64,000 bases of DNA from Cytophagaceae bacterium (GCA_027488865.1 JAIYAU010000025.1:128359-192358); one strand, 5' to 3'; counted from the stretch's first letter, positions 24,792-35,566 are shown. Program-made: numbers and translations. Notes: a model not told the origin generated them from the letters alone.

Positions 24792-26501
24792 CTAAAATTT
24801 CAATGTGTAAACAAAGTAGATTTGAGTAAGACCTAGGTCTCTTTTGCTATCTAGTTTATCTTTCAATTTTGTATGTAACACCTGCACATTAAAAACGTTT
24901 GTTTGGTTAAAATTATATTTTAATCCTCCTGATACTATGCTTTGTTGTTGTTCAACAATAAGAAGATCAAGCCCTCCATTCGTTTCATTATTAAAAGCAT
25001 CTCTTTGTAAATAAACCTCATTTCCTTTTACATTAAAGCTTTTGTAACCAGCTAGTAAGAAGAATTTTTTATAGACTTCAGCTTCAAGACCAGCATCAAT
25101 TAACAAACTTTTAAGATCTATTTCGTTAGCACCAGATCTTTTGGTGGTTTCTCTTTTCACCCCTCCAGTGAGTGCCAAAGATTTTTCCCATCCTGCTAAT
25201 TTGTTAATATTAAAACGAGCACCACCAGTCAAAACTGTATATTTTCTTTTTTCTGTTTGATTATTACCATCATTTACCAATTCCCCTAATGATTCAAATT
25301 TTGCATCGCTCTTAATTATACCTTTTTTATCTTCATAGGCCGCTCCAAAATTAAACCCAACTCTGTTTGGAGAAGCAGCACCATAAGGATTTACGTTGTT
25401 GTAAACTACATTATAACGTTGCAAATAAGGCACAATTGAACGGTTGTTTAATCCGCCATATTCTTGTGTAAAGCGATCAAATAATAATTGATCTCTTGGG
25501 TTAACTGTTCCTAAATAATTAGGAAATAAATCTGGAGTTCCAATATCGTAGATTCTTTGGGTTTGAGCACCTGGACTTAAGAAGTAATAGCCCACTCTTT
25601 TGTAACCAGCAAATATTTTTAGATTTAAATCTTTTATCTTAGCAAATGCGGTAACATCAAAGAAATTATCATCACGTTTTACAGAATCTTTTTCATTATA
25701 CTGAACCTTGTACGCTGACATTCCCACTTCGCCATTTAAACCAAAAGTAACCTTTTCTAAATCAACATTTACTTTAAAATCAGTCGTAAAAACGTGATTG
25801 GAATATTTATTTTGATTTTGTAGTGTGGTGGAAGCTATATCAGAGAAACCTGTATAGTTTAAACCTATTTCAAAATACTTGCTTTGTACTACTCCTACTT
25901 TAGCACCATACAAAAATCGGTCTGGAGAAGTAAAGTAGTTTGATTGTCTGGTGCGCGCACCAAATGTTCTCAAGGTTAATTTTTCAATACCTTTGGTGAA
26001 ATTAAAAGCAGAAGCCGCATTTAATCCTTGAAGACGCCATTTATTTTCGTTATAAAAGTTTTCGTAGTTTACAATGTCCCTTCTAGTTTTAAAAATATCT
26101 GATTCATAATCACGATAAATTTCATCACTATTATAAACAGTATATTTTGTAAGTCCGACGTCAATATCACCAATTTCATATTTCACAACCTTGCCCAAGA
26201 TACCCTCCAAACGCATTTGGCGAAACTCAAAGGCAGCACCATTGCCAAAGAAACCACCAAATTCATTTCTTAAACGTAGGACCACACTCGCCTTAAATTC
26301 ATCATTTGGTTGAGCATTGATGCCCAAATCAAACAAGGTGTATCCTCTTGTATTTTTACCAATTTTGGAAGAATCAATATCTTTAAATTGAGTATTGTCC
26401 ACCACTGCCCTACCCAATCCAGAAAAGGTAACTATCTGGCTGTGTGCATAAAACCCGCAAAGATTTATTAATGTGATTAAGGTAATTAATTTTCTGTTCA
26501 T
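24792..26501 (-). CDS. putative outer-membrane beta-barrel (porin-like), 569 aa
   Basis: Signal peptide ...CGFYAHSQ, first strand VTFSGLGRAVV, alternating aromatic/Gly-rich strands throughout, and a C-terminal ...YFVYTLKF. Confidence 0.65.
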   Translation of the reverse strand: MNRKLITLITLINLCGFYAHSQIVTFSGLGRAVVDNTQFKDIDSSKIGKNTRGYTLFDLGINAQPNDEFKASVVLRLRNEFGGFFGNGAAFEFRQMRLEGILGKVVKYEIGDIDVGLTKYTVYNSDEIYRDYESDIFKTRRDIVNYENFYNENKWRLQGLNAASAFNFTKGIEKLTLRTFGARTRQSNYFTSPDRFLYGAKVGVVQSKYFEIGLNYTGFSDIASTTLQNQNKYSNHVFTTDFKVNVDLEKVTFGLNGEVGMSAYKVQYNEKDSVKRDDNFFDVTAFAKIKDLNLKIFAGYKRVGYYFLSPGAQTQRIYDIGTPDLFPNYLGTVNPRDQLLFDRFTQEYGGLNNRSIVPYLQRYNVVYNNVNPYGAASPNRVGFNFGAAYEDKKGIIKSDAKFESLGELVNDGNNQTEKRKYTVLTGGARFNINKLAGWEKSLALTGGVKRETTKRSGANEIDLKSLLIDAGLEAEVYKKFFLLAGYKSFNVKGNEVYLQRDAFNNETNGGLDLLIVEQQQSIVSGGLKYNFNQTNVFNVQVLHTKLKDKLDSKRDLGLTQIYFVYTLKF

Positions 26502-26557
26502 TCGTTCAAGCTTTAATAAGTTCTAGAAATTTTTAAAATTATGTTTCTGAATATTTT

Positions 26558-28942
26558 TTAAAAGAAAATCTTAAGTTCTGTTTCAATTTCGTGACCTTTA
26601 AATCTATCTCGCACGAAATTCTTATCTATATGGTCGTACCAACGGCTACGAATATTTAAACTGCTACGTTTATTAAATTGATAGTCAATTCCCAAGCCAG
26701 CACCACGACCAGTTTGGTTCATCGGTTTACCATTGGCATCATAAATTGGTTTGCTTTTTTCTTTCCCATCTACGGTAATAAGATTGCCATTTGCATCGGC
26801 CAATTCTGTTCTCATGTTACCAAGTGCGCGCTCAAATCCTACAAAGCCAATCACCGTTACCTTAGGATGTATATTATAAAATGCCATAAACTCTTCATAG
26901 AATTGCCTTAAAAATGCTTGATCGCTAAATACAGGAATTGGCGTTACTTTGTCTTGTACCGAATTATAATTGATATAATTTGATAAAATCATTTCTTTAC
27001 CCAATACAGAAAACTTATACTTCAAGGTAAGATCCATGGTGCTAAAAGCTTTTTTATAGTTGACGTCAGTATCGGTAATCTGAATATTTTCATAAGTTCG
27101 TCTATAAATATTCATTACACGACTGTAAGGACCTAAATAACGCTCAAAATAACCAAAACGAGACCTAGAGATCTGATTTACCCTATGTTGAAATGTGATT
27201 CCATTGGCAAAAGTACCACCCGAATTTGGAGAATTATCTCTTCCAAAACCTGATCTGTCATCATTGTATAAATTTGTAATTTCTTGTGCATTGGCATAAT
27301 CTATGGAAACTTTCAATCGCTTCACATTAAAACCAGTCATTATATTTACACCTTGTCTATTATTAGCATACTGGTTTATTTCAGTCACCATTCCCTGGAA
27401 ATAGTTGATTATGTTGGCATTACCCTGAGTTGGGGAAGCTCTAAAGTTTTCAATACTGGTATTTTGCACAACACTGGTATTATTGACCAATTGTGTACCG
27501 ATATGATATAAAGAAACTTTTAAAGGAATACGTAATACCTTTCTATCTAGCTCCATTTCTAAGAATAGCGCTGGATCCCAACTTCTTTTATAACGATATG
27601 TTTTGGCCGCATCATCATTAGCCAACCATGGTTTTGATAAATAATGCAGAACAGCATTTTGTGTTTTATCAGGTGTGCCTTGGTTATATTCAGGACTCAA
27701 AAAGGAACCCATTCCAAACTCAGCAAAAATCTTGAAATTGTCAAAATTTAACCTAGCATCAGTGGTTAAAATCAATTGACTCATTCTGTTCTTTTCAATT
27801 TTGAAACTAGAATCACCATCAATTTTTAACTGTTGTAGGTTAGCTTCAAGATACGTAGATTGATCTTGGCTTGCAGGCCTGTAGCCATATTGATTAAACC
27901 AGTTGAAGCCAAACTTATGCGTCTTGATGTTTTTACCAACCTTACCAGCGAACATATTTTGCGCGGGTTGACTTGCGAAAGCTGCTGCACCAGTTCCTAT
28001 TCCTGTTCCTGAAACAAAACCTCCAGAGTTTTGATTTTTACCATATATTATGGCTGCTGAAAAATTACTTGGAAGACCTGTTGCCTCAATGATAAACCCT
28101 TGCGTACCTTGGTTTCCCCAACGCTGGTCACGAGGAATATCTCCCTGAGAATAATAAGAATTATACCTTGCATAATCTGAACCTTCTGGCTCCCAAGGAT
28201 ATCTCTCAAACAAATCATCACGGTTTTGATACTGCCAAAGTGTAAAAGGACTTAACTTAAACCAGTTAACACCACCACCAGCAGTTAATTTAAACGATCC
28301 TATTTTGGTATGTGTACTTCCGGTAAATTGAAATATTCGATAAACAGTAGCAGCTCTACCATTGCTATCTGAATTGATTGAGTTGTAAATGGAATTTAAT
28401 TGTCTACCTACACGATGGTCAAAATAATACTCCATCTGGAACCAGGTTTTAAGTGAAGGATTTCCTTCTATTCTTATTAAGGCCAGTGGTTCTTGGTAGC
28501 CATCGGACAAACTTAGGTTTACAGGTAAAGTTGGCCATTCTTTCAAAACATCATTTGGATTTTGACTTCCTGGTCTAATACTTGGATAATATTCATACAT
28601 ATTTCTGTAAAAGCCCCACATACGAGCATATCCAGAAAATCTAAGTTCTATAGGCTTTTTCTTATTTTTAACATCAACTGTGGTTTTGTTAGCAGAAGTT
28701 GAATTATTTTCTCTAGCAATATCACTTGCTCTTTTGGTAGCTCTTTTAAAAGATATAATGTTTTTAAAACTTATACCAGATTTTTCAATCGGGGCAATTG
28801 TAGCCGAATCAACAGTCACTGTATTTTTTTTGGAATCGCTAACTTGTTGGGTACTGTCACCAGGTGTTGGATTATCTGCCAATATACACCCGCCAAAAGC
28901 TACGATTAATAGCGGAATTTTGAAATGAAAGCTTAATTTCAT
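26558..28942 (-). CDS. putative large outer-membrane beta-barrel, ~794 aa
   Basis: Start taken at MKLSFHFKIPLLIVAFGGC (ATG 28942; the track TTG at 28987 was rejected). A Ser/Thr/Lys-rich linker is followed by LRFSGYARMWGFY and barrel-like strands, with a C-terminal ...ETELKIFF. I saw no TonB box or plug motif. Confidence 0.65.
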   Translation of the reverse strand: MKLSFHFKIPLLIVAFGGCILADNPTPGDSTQQVSDSKKNTVTVDSATIAPIEKSGISFKNIISFKRATKRASDIARENNSTSANKTTVDVKNKKKPIELRFSGYARMWGFYRNMYEYYPSIRPGSQNPNDVLKEWPTLPVNLSLSDGYQEPLALIRIEGNPSLKTWFQMEYYFDHRVGRQLNSIYNSINSDSNGRAATVYRIFQFTGSTHTKIGSFKLTAGGGVNWFKLSPFTLWQYQNRDDLFERYPWEPEGSDYARYNSYYSQGDIPRDQRWGNQGTQGFIIEATGLPSNFSAAIIYGKNQNSGGFVSGTGIGTGAAAFASQPAQNMFAGKVGKNIKTHKFGFNWFNQYGYRPASQDQSTYLEANLQQLKIDGDSSFKIEKNRMSQLILTTDARLNFDNFKIFAEFGMGSFLSPEYNQGTPDKTQNAVLHYLSKPWLANDDAAKTYRYKRSWDPALFLEMELDRKVLRIPLKVSLYHIGTQLVNNTSVVQNTSIENFRASPTQGNANIINYFQGMVTEINQYANNRQGVNIMTGFNVKRLKVSIDYANAQEITNLYNDDRSGFGRDNSPNSGGTFANGITFQHRVNQISRSRFGYFERYLGPYSRVMNIYRRTYENIQITDTDVNYKKAFSTMDLTLKYKFSVLGKEMILSNYINYNSVQDKVTPIPVFSDQAFLRQFYEEFMAFYNIHPKVTVIGFVGFERALGNMRTELADANGNLITVDGKEKSKPIYDANGKPMNQTGRGAGLGIDYQFNKRSSLNIRSRWYDHIDKNFVRDRFKGHEIETELKIFF

Positions 28943-29490
28943 GAATATGTAAGTTTTGATTAATTCCTTATATAAAAGTTTTAACAACTTATTGGTCTAA
29001 CATCCACGAAGGATATCAAACTTAAGTACAAAATAATCTAAAATAAATTTAATTAGCAACTTAATTAACGGTAATTTTTGTGATTAAAAATTTAATTGGG
29101 CACATTCATCACATTTTTTTACAATAGAAAAAATTAACATTTATAACTTAAAAAACAATAAAATTGCAAGTTTTTAAATGTAATTTAAGGTTTCTAAAAC
29201 TATAAAAAAGTAGAGATATTATTTTTGAATCACATAAAATAATTTAAACAAAAAATCCTAAATACTTCTATAAACTTAAATTTTTATAATTATTGGAATA
29301 ACAAATTAAACATTATTAAGTTAAAAGTTACCGCATTAGTTAAAAAGCTCTAAAAAGTATTAATAATTACTTCGTTTTACGTTAACAACATCTTTATGTT
29401 CAAAATATTTAGCAAAGATTACAATTTCTTCGAAAAAGGAAGGTTAAATAATTAGTGAATTATTTATATCTACTTCAAACTAATATTAGT

Positions 29491-29498
29491 TAAATTTG
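29491..29498 (+). promoter_or_regulatory. -7 box TAAATTTG upstream of ftsK
   Basis: Exact TAnnTTTG, 12 nt before ATG 29510. Confidence 0.35.
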
Positions 29499-29509
29499 CA
29501 CCCTACATT

Positions 29510-32050
29510 ATGGCACAAAATACCTACAAGAAAAATACTTCTAAAGAAACAGAGAAACAATCTAAAAAGGTTGAATCATTACCAGATGAAGATGGAGAGC
29601 ACAAGGGCATATGGAAAGATCGGAGGTTGCATTTAGCCTTAGGGTTAAGTATGTTAGGGTTTGCAATAATCATGACATTCGCATCGTTATCTTATATAAT
29701 TACTGGTAAGGAGGATCAAAGTGTAGTTGAATCTTTGTTTAAATCAGGAATTATAGCCTCAGGGCTAGAAGTTCAAAACATTTTGGGTATTTTGGGAGCA
29801 GTGCTAGCTCATTATTTCATTTATAAGTGGTTTGGAGTGGCATTCTTCCTATTTATTCCCTTAGTTTTCTCATTGGGATTCTCTATAGTATTTGGCAAAC
29901 ATTTATTACCAGTTAAATCCTCCTTAACATTCATTTTATTTTTTACATTTTGGCTAAGTCTCACTTTAGGATATTTGGTACTTTCCACTGGTCAAGAAAA
30001 AACACTTGGTTTCTTAAGTGGTGGGCTAGGTTATGAATTGTCATTAGTTTTTCATGGAATAATTGGCTGGGGAACATTTCTTTTCCTTATTCTTTCTTTA
30101 TTAATATTTGTTATATTCTTTTTTGATATTAAGGATTTTGGATTTGCGCCTCAACGCCACAAACAATATGAGTCTCTTGAAGTGGTAGAAGAACATGGCT
30201 CCAACTTGCAAGAAATAGAGGAAATTGAAGAACCTCTCACGGAAAATGAATTATTAGGGATTACAGTTAAAAAACTAGCTGATGTTTCAATTGATACAAT
30301 TGAAGACCTGCCACTTGAGGAGGAGCCTTTATGGAATATAAAAAATGATTTACCAAAAGATAAATTTAAAACCAAAGATTCGGCGTTTGATTTAACACTA
30401 AATTTGGATGAATCAGAATTGGCAATAAACCAGACCTCTCCTTTGGTGGAAGAGAATACTTCTACTCTTGTTAAAAATCCATTGGATATAAAACTAAAAA
30501 GTAAAGAAGATGAACGTGTTGCAGCAGCATTAGATGATTTAGGGGACTACGACCCTACCTTAGAATTGTCAAACTACATCTATCCACCTCTTGATTTACT
30601 CAATGAACCTCCCCCAAATAAAGTACAAGTAACCAGAGAGGAACTTGAAGCCAACAAGGATAAAATCGTAGAAACGCTTTCACACTATAGCATTGGGATT
30701 ACAAAAATAAGTGCTACTATTGGTCCGACCGTAACGCTATATGAAATAGTGCCTGACCCTGGGGTAAGAATTGCCAAAATAAAAAATCTGGAAGACGATA
30801 TTGCCTTGAGCTTGTCAGCCTTAGGGATACGTATTATAGCCCCCATGCCTGGGAAAGGTACCATCGGAATTGAGGTACCAAACAAGAATAAAGAAATGGT
30901 TTCCATTAAATCAGTGCTGGCGTCGGAGGCTTTTCAAAAAACGGATAAAATATTACCCATTGCCCTTGGCAAAACTATTTCAAATGATGTTTTTATTGGA
31001 GATTTAGCAGCCATGCCTCATTTACTCATGGCAGGAGCGACTGGTCAGGGTAAATCGGTAGGATTAAACGCCCTAATTGCTTCACTCATTTACAAAATGC
31101 ATCCTGCACAGCTTAAATTTGTGATGGTAGATCCCAAAAAAGTGGAACTGTCTCTATTTAATAAACTAGAACGGCATTTCATGGCTAAATTGCCCAATAA
31201 TGATGAGGCAATTATTACAGATACAAAAAAAGTTATCTACACACTTAACTCTTTGTGTATTGAAATGGATAATCGCTATGACTTGCTTAAAAAGGCAGGA
31301 TGTAGAAATTTACGGGAATATAACGCCAAATTTATTGATAGGAAGTTACTCCCTACCGATGGTCATAAATTTTTACCTTATATTGTGTTGATAATAGATG
31401 AGTTGGCTGATTTAATGATGACAGCTGGCAAAGAAGTGGAAACACCTATAGCCAGGCTTGCACAATTAGCAAGGGCTATTGGGATACACCTTGTAGTAGC
31501 AACGCAGCGCCCTTCAGTAAACGTAATTACAGGTATTATAAAAGCAAATTTCCCTGCGAGGTTATCGTTTAAAGTTACTTCTAAAATTGATTCAAGAACA
31601 ATTTTAGATGCAGGTGGTGCAGACCAATTAATAGGCAAGGGTGATATGTTATTATCGCAGGGATCTGATATGATACGTATTCAATGTGCGTTTGTTGACA
31701 CCCCTGAAGTGGAAAAAATTTGTGATTTTATTGGTGAACAAAGAGGTTATCCATCAGCTTACTATTTACCGGAATATCTAGGTGATGAGGCAGATAGTGG
31801 AGGTGAATCTTTTAATTTTTCAGATAGAGACCCTATGTTTGAAGAAGCCGCACGTCTAATAGTGACGCACCAACAAGGAAGTACTTCATTGATTCAAAGA
31901 AAGCTAAGTCTTGGATATAACCGAGCGGGTAGACTCATTGACCAACTTGAGGCAGCTGGAATCGTTGGGCCTTTTGAAGGAAGTAAAGCGCGAGAAGTGT
32001 ATATTAAGGATGAAATGAGCTTAGAAGAATTATTAAAAAGTTATAAATAA
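29510..32050 (+). CDS. ftsK: DNA translocase FtsK/SpoIIIE
   Basis: N-terminal TM helices, an acidic linker, a motor domain with Walker A GATGQGKS and VLIIDELADL, and a C-terminal winged-helix gamma domain (LIQRKLSLGYNRAGRLIDQLE). Confidence 0.95.
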   Translation: MAQNTYKKNTSKETEKQSKKVESLPDEDGEHKGIWKDRRLHLALGLSMLGFAIIMTFASLSYIITGKEDQSVVESLFKSGIIASGLEVQNILGILGAVLAHYFIYKWFGVAFFLFIPLVFSLGFSIVFGKHLLPVKSSLTFILFFTFWLSLTLGYLVLSTGQEKTLGFLSGGLGYELSLVFHGIIGWGTFLFLILSLLIFVIFFFDIKDFGFAPQRHKQYESLEVVEEHGSNLQEIEEIEEPLTENELLGITVKKLADVSIDTIEDLPLEEEPLWNIKNDLPKDKFKTKDSAFDLTLNLDESELAINQTSPLVEENTSTLVKNPLDIKLKSKEDERVAAALDDLGDYDPTLELSNYIYPPLDLLNEPPPNKVQVTREELEANKDKIVETLSHYSIGITKISATIGPTVTLYEIVPDPGVRIAKIKNLEDDIALSLSALGIRIIAPMPGKGTIGIEVPNKNKEMVSIKSVLASEAFQKTDKILPIALGKTISNDVFIGDLAAMPHLLMAGATGQGKSVGLNALIASLIYKMHPAQLKFVMVDPKKVELSLFNKLERHFMAKLPNNDEAIITDTKKVIYTLNSLCIEMDNRYDLLKKAGCRNLREYNAKFIDRKLLPTDGHKFLPYIVLIIDELADLMMTAGKEVETPIARLAQLARAIGIHLVVATQRPSVNVITGIIKANFPARLSFKVTSKIDSRTILDAGGADQLIGKGDMLLSQGSDMIRIQCAFVDTPEVEKICDFIGEQRGYPSAYYLPEYLGDEADSGGESFNFSDRDPMFEEAARLIVTHQQGSTSLIQRKLSLGYNRAGRLIDQLEAAGIVGPFEGSKAREVYIKDEMSLEELLKSYK

Positions 32051-32172
32051 TTATTTACCTACTACACAATCATACATTATTTTTAAAAAAATTGCTTTAG
32101 ATTTGCAGCTTTGTGAAGAAAAAATATTTGGTACAAACTTTGCTTGCGTTGGTGAATACATCTCAATTAAAA

Positions 32173-32829
32173 ATGAAAAAATCTTTAATAATATATAGCG
32201 TTGGTTTCCTATGTGCAATCAACTGTTTTGCACAACAAGATCCTAAAGCTTCTAAGATTTTAGATGATATGGGTAAAAAATATCAAACAGTTAAATCATT
32301 TAAGGCTGAATTTACCTATACCCTAGAAAGCCCCGCAAAAAATGGTGTAAAAGAAAATTTTAAAGGTGGAATAACTGTAAAAGGAAACAAATTCTATCTC
32401 GACCTTGGCAGTCAAGAAGTAATAAATAATGGAACGCACCAATGGACCATTATGAAAGATGGAAAAAATATTGAGGTTACTAAGTCAGACTATACCCCGG
32501 ATGAGGACGATATAACTCCTACAAAAATATATACTGTTTATAAAAAAGGCTTCAAATACACAGTAAACACTGAAGCGAATGATAATAAAGTAGCTAATGA
32601 TGTTATTGACTTGATTCCTGAAGACAAAAGCAAGCCAGTGTTTAAAATAAGAATTGTAATTGCAAAAAAAGATAATTCCATTAAAAGTTGGAAAATTTTT
32701 GAAAAAAATGGTAATCGATATACTTATGTAGTTTCTAAATTTACGCCAAACGTACCCGTGGAAGATAAACTATTTGTATACGATCCTAAGAAATTCAAAG
32801 ATGCTGAATTTGTGGATCTTACAGAGTAG
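32173..32829 (+). CDS. lolA: LolA-like outer-membrane lipoprotein carrier protein
   Basis: Signal peptide MKKSLIIYSVGFLCAINCFAQ. KILDDMGKKYQTVKSFKAEFTY...VKGNKFYLDL is the LolA pattern, and the gene follows ftsK as is usual in Bacteroidota. The TAGATTTG box at 32098-32105 lies upstream of both the track GTG start (32113) and ATG 32173, so it does not separate them. ATG 32173 is preferred because the signal peptide starts there. Confidence 0.8.
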   Translation: MKKSLIIYSVGFLCAINCFAQQDPKASKILDDMGKKYQTVKSFKAEFTYTLESPAKNGVKENFKGGITVKGNKFYLDLGSQEVINNGTHQWTIMKDGKNIEVTKSDYTPDEDDITPTKIYTVYKKGFKYTVNTEANDNKVANDVIDLIPEDKSKPVFKIRIVIAKKDNSIKSWKIFEKNGNRYTYVVSKFTPNVPVEDKLFVYDPKKFKDAEFVDLTE

Positions 32830-32894
32830 ATATTACTTCTATAATCAACTCCAATGTACCTAAAAATCCCAATTAGGTACATTTTTATTTAACT

Positions 32895-33713
32895 ATGGAA
32901 AAATCTGCTTTAATAAAAGAAATTCGTTCTAAAGGTTCTTATCTCTGTGTGGGTTTGGATACTGATTTGACTAAGATTCCACACCATCTATTAAAAGAAA
33001 AGGATCCTATATTTGAATTTAATAAACAGATTATTGATGCTACTGAAAAATATTGTGTTGCATATAAACCTAATACGGCGTTTTATGAGGCATTAGGCAC
33101 AAAAGGATGGGATGCACTTGAAAAAACGCTAGATTATATTCCTAGAAATTGTTTCACTATTGCTGATGCTAAACGGGGTGATATAGGTAATACGTCTGGG
33201 CTTTATGCGAAGGCTTTTTTTGAAACCATGAATTTTGATGCTGTTACCGTAGCGCCTTATATGGGGCAAGATTCCGTAGTTCCATTTCTATGTTATCCAA
33301 ACAAATGGGTTATTCTTTTAGCGCTTACTTCCAACGCTGGTAGTAATGATTTTCAGGAAATTAACTTAGCTGATGGTGATAAAATTTATGAGCGGGTTAT
33401 TAAAATAAGTTCCACTTGGGCTGGTAGTGAACAGATGATGTATGTGGTGGGTGCCACCAAGGCAGAAATGTTACTAAAAATAAGGGAATTGATCCCCAAA
33501 CATTTTTTATTAGTGCCTGGCGTAGGAACACAAGGCGGAAGCCTAGCTGAGGTATCTAAGTATGGACTTAATGATGAAGTAGGACTGCTAGTAAACTCAA
33601 GTAGAGGCATCATTTATGCCTCAAGCGAACAAGATTTTTATAAAAGTGCAGCTATAGAGGCAAGCAAAATTGCTAGTGAAATGAAAATTTATTTAGATAA
33701 TTGTATAAATTAG
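32895..33713 (+). CDS. pyrF: orotidine-5'-phosphate decarboxylase (type 2)
   Basis: LCVGLDTD...YKPNTAFYE...[11 protein letters not shown]...VPGVGTQGG. Confidence 0.9.
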   Translation: MEKSALIKEIRSKGSYLCVGLDTDLTKIPHHLLKEKDPIFEFNKQIIDATEKYCVAYKPNTAFYEALGTKGWDALEKTLDYIPRNCFTIADAKRGDIGNTSGLYAKAFFETMNFDAVTVAPYMGQDSVVPFLCYPNKWVILLALTSNAGSNDFQEINLADGDKIYERVIKISSTWAGSEQMMYVVGATKAEMLLKIRELIPKHFLLVPGVGTQGGSLAEVSKYGLNDEVGLLVNSSRGIIYASSEQDFYKSAAIEASKIASEMKIYLDNCIN

Positions 33714-33717
33714 GAGG

Positions 33718-35319
33718 CTATTGCAAAGGTAGTTCAACACAAAAAGTAGTCCCCTCTCCTACCTGACTTTCGCAGTAAACTTTACCCCTAAATCTTTCTG
33801 TGTATTCTTTTACAATAGACAATCCCAAACCTGTTGTGGACTCGCCACCAGTAGGCTTATTTGATAATCTTTTAAATTTTTGAAATAAAAGCCCCATTTC
33901 TTCCGGTTTGATGCCTGGCCCTTGATCAGAAATTTTAATTAATAAAACTTTATCTAAAACCTCATACCCCACCTGAACTTTTTTCCCGGTAGGTGAAAAT
34001 TTAATGGCGTTAGAAAGCAAATTATCAATGATTTGTACAAAAACAAGTTTATCAGTTTTAAATAGGTAAGAGTCAGTTTTTTGCGAAAAAATAATACTAA
34101 TTTTCTTTTTGTTGGCAGCACTTTGGTAAATCGATACGGTATCTTTTAGAAGTTGCACTAAATCATAATCGCCAATTTCCAGTTCAAAGGTTCCAAGTTC
34201 TATTCTAGTAAGATCCAATAAATCACTTATCAGTGTTCTCATTTTTACAGAAGACTGTTCAATATAGCTAAGGTATTCGAGTACAATGGGACTCAAATCT
34301 TTTTCCTTTTTTACCAATCCCACCAAGGTAATAATGGCCATAATGGGATTTTTCAAATCATGGGCGGCCATTCCCAAAAATTTGTTTTTATCTTCATCTA
34401 AATTTGCAAGTTTATCATTAGCAGCCTTCAGTTTTTCATTGGCCTGATTTAACTCAACCTCTATTTTCTTTTGATCTGAAATATCATAACAAATACTTCT
34501 TGACCTTACAAAATCGCCTTTTGTATTACGAATAACACTGGTTGTGATGGAGATAGGCATAAAAGTACCATCGCTTTTTAACAACCTAACTGTACTTTCC
34601 TTTAAATACCCTTGATCTTTTAATTTTGTCAATAATTTACTTAGATATTCTCTGTCTGCAGGAACTACAAACTCGCTAAAACTTTTACCAATTACATCTT
34701 CCTTTTTATAGCCTAGCCACTTAAGTTCAGTTTCGTTTATTTTAACTATTATTCCTTCGGCATTTACCGAATGATAGCCACATGGAGCATTATTATATAA
34801 ATCATTGGCTTCTTCTAAAGCAAAATCAAGTTCAATCCGCTGTAATCTTAAAGCCACCTGTAGCGCACATTCTTTGGCAATCATTTCCAGGGCAAATTTT
34901 TGATCTGCTGTAAGTTTTCTAGGTTTGTGATCCATGATGCAAATGGTGCCTATGCTCACTCCTTCTGGTGATTTTAAAGGCACCCCAGCATAATATTGTA
35001 CATGAGGCTCATTGGTGACTAACGGATTGGAAGAGTATATTGTATCTTCAGTTAAATTTTGAATTTCATAAAAATCGTTTTTCTCAATGGTAGCTTTGCA
35101 AAATGTATCTGCCAAATCCATGGTGTTCACTTCAAGACCCATTTTGGATTTGAACCAATATCTAGATTGATCTACAAAACCTATCAAGGAAATGGGCACA
35201 CCACATACATTTGATGCCAATTGTGTTAAATTATCGAATTGTTCTTCAGGTGCTGTACCTAGTATATCGTATTGCTTATTAGCCTTATAAACACTTTCTT
35301 CAAGGATGTCAATGCTCAT
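33718..35319 (-). CDS. GAF-PAS sensor histidine kinase
   Basis: N-terminal GAF domain, a PAS domain, a coiled coil, the H-box MAAHDLKNP, and an HATPase region (NAIKFS ... DQGPGI ... GLGLSIV). Confidence 0.9.
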   Translation of the reverse strand: MSIDILEESVYKANKQYDILGTAPEEQFDNLTQLASNVCGVPISLIGFVDQSRYWFKSKMGLEVNTMDLADTFCKATIEKNDFYEIQNLTEDTIYSSNPLVTNEPHVQYYAGVPLKSPEGVSIGTICIMDHKPRKLTADQKFALEMIAKECALQVALRLQRIELDFALEEANDLYNNAPCGYHSVNAEGIIVKINETELKWLGYKKEDVIGKSFSEFVVPADREYLSKLLTKLKDQGYLKESTVRLLKSDGTFMPISITTSVIRNTKGDFVRSRSICYDISDQKKIEVELNQANEKLKAANDKLANLDEDKNKFLGMAAHDLKNPIMAIITLVGLVKKEKDLSPIVLEYLSYIEQSSVKMRTLISDLLDLTRIELGTFELEIGDYDLVQLLKDTVSIYQSAANKKKISIIFSQKTDSYLFKTDKLVFVQIIDNLLSNAIKFSPTGKKVQVGYEVLDKVLLIKISDQGPGIKPEEMGLLFQKFKRLSNKPTGGESTTGLGLSIVKEYTERFRGKVYCESQVGEGTTFCVELPLQ

Positions 35320-35516
35320 GTTGATATTAAAAGGTAATAAGAGTGTATCTTTTATTAAAGTAAATATACAAAAAAGTGATAAAAAATAAGATTTAAGTGA
35401 TAATTAAATGTTCAAACTCGAAAAAATTATTATCTCTGAAAAATCATAAATTTTATTCATTTCCAATCCCTTAGCTAAAGTACATTTCTATATTGCGGAA
35501 TTTGGGTTTAATTACT

Positions 35517-35524
35517 TATTTTTG
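35517..35524 (+). promoter_or_regulatory. -7 box TATTTTTG upstream of pheT
   Basis: Exact TAnnTTTG 42 nt before ATG 35567, with a TTG 21 nt upstream. Confidence 0.35.
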
Positions 35525-35566
35525 CCACTTTGGTGGTTAAGCCTAGTAGGTCAAAAAAAAACAAAC

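Noticed and set aside
26558-28942. The large barrel as a SusC-type TonB-dependent transporter
   Set aside because: By eye I found no TonB box, no plug-domain motifs and no N-terminal carboxypeptidase-like region, and no SusD-like gene follows. This remains to be tested by profile search (see finding).
33714-33717. Only 4 nt between convergent pyrF and the histidine-kinase gene, with no terminator
   Set aside because: Tight convergent ends occur commonly. No hairpin or overlapping antisense feature could be supported from the sequence.
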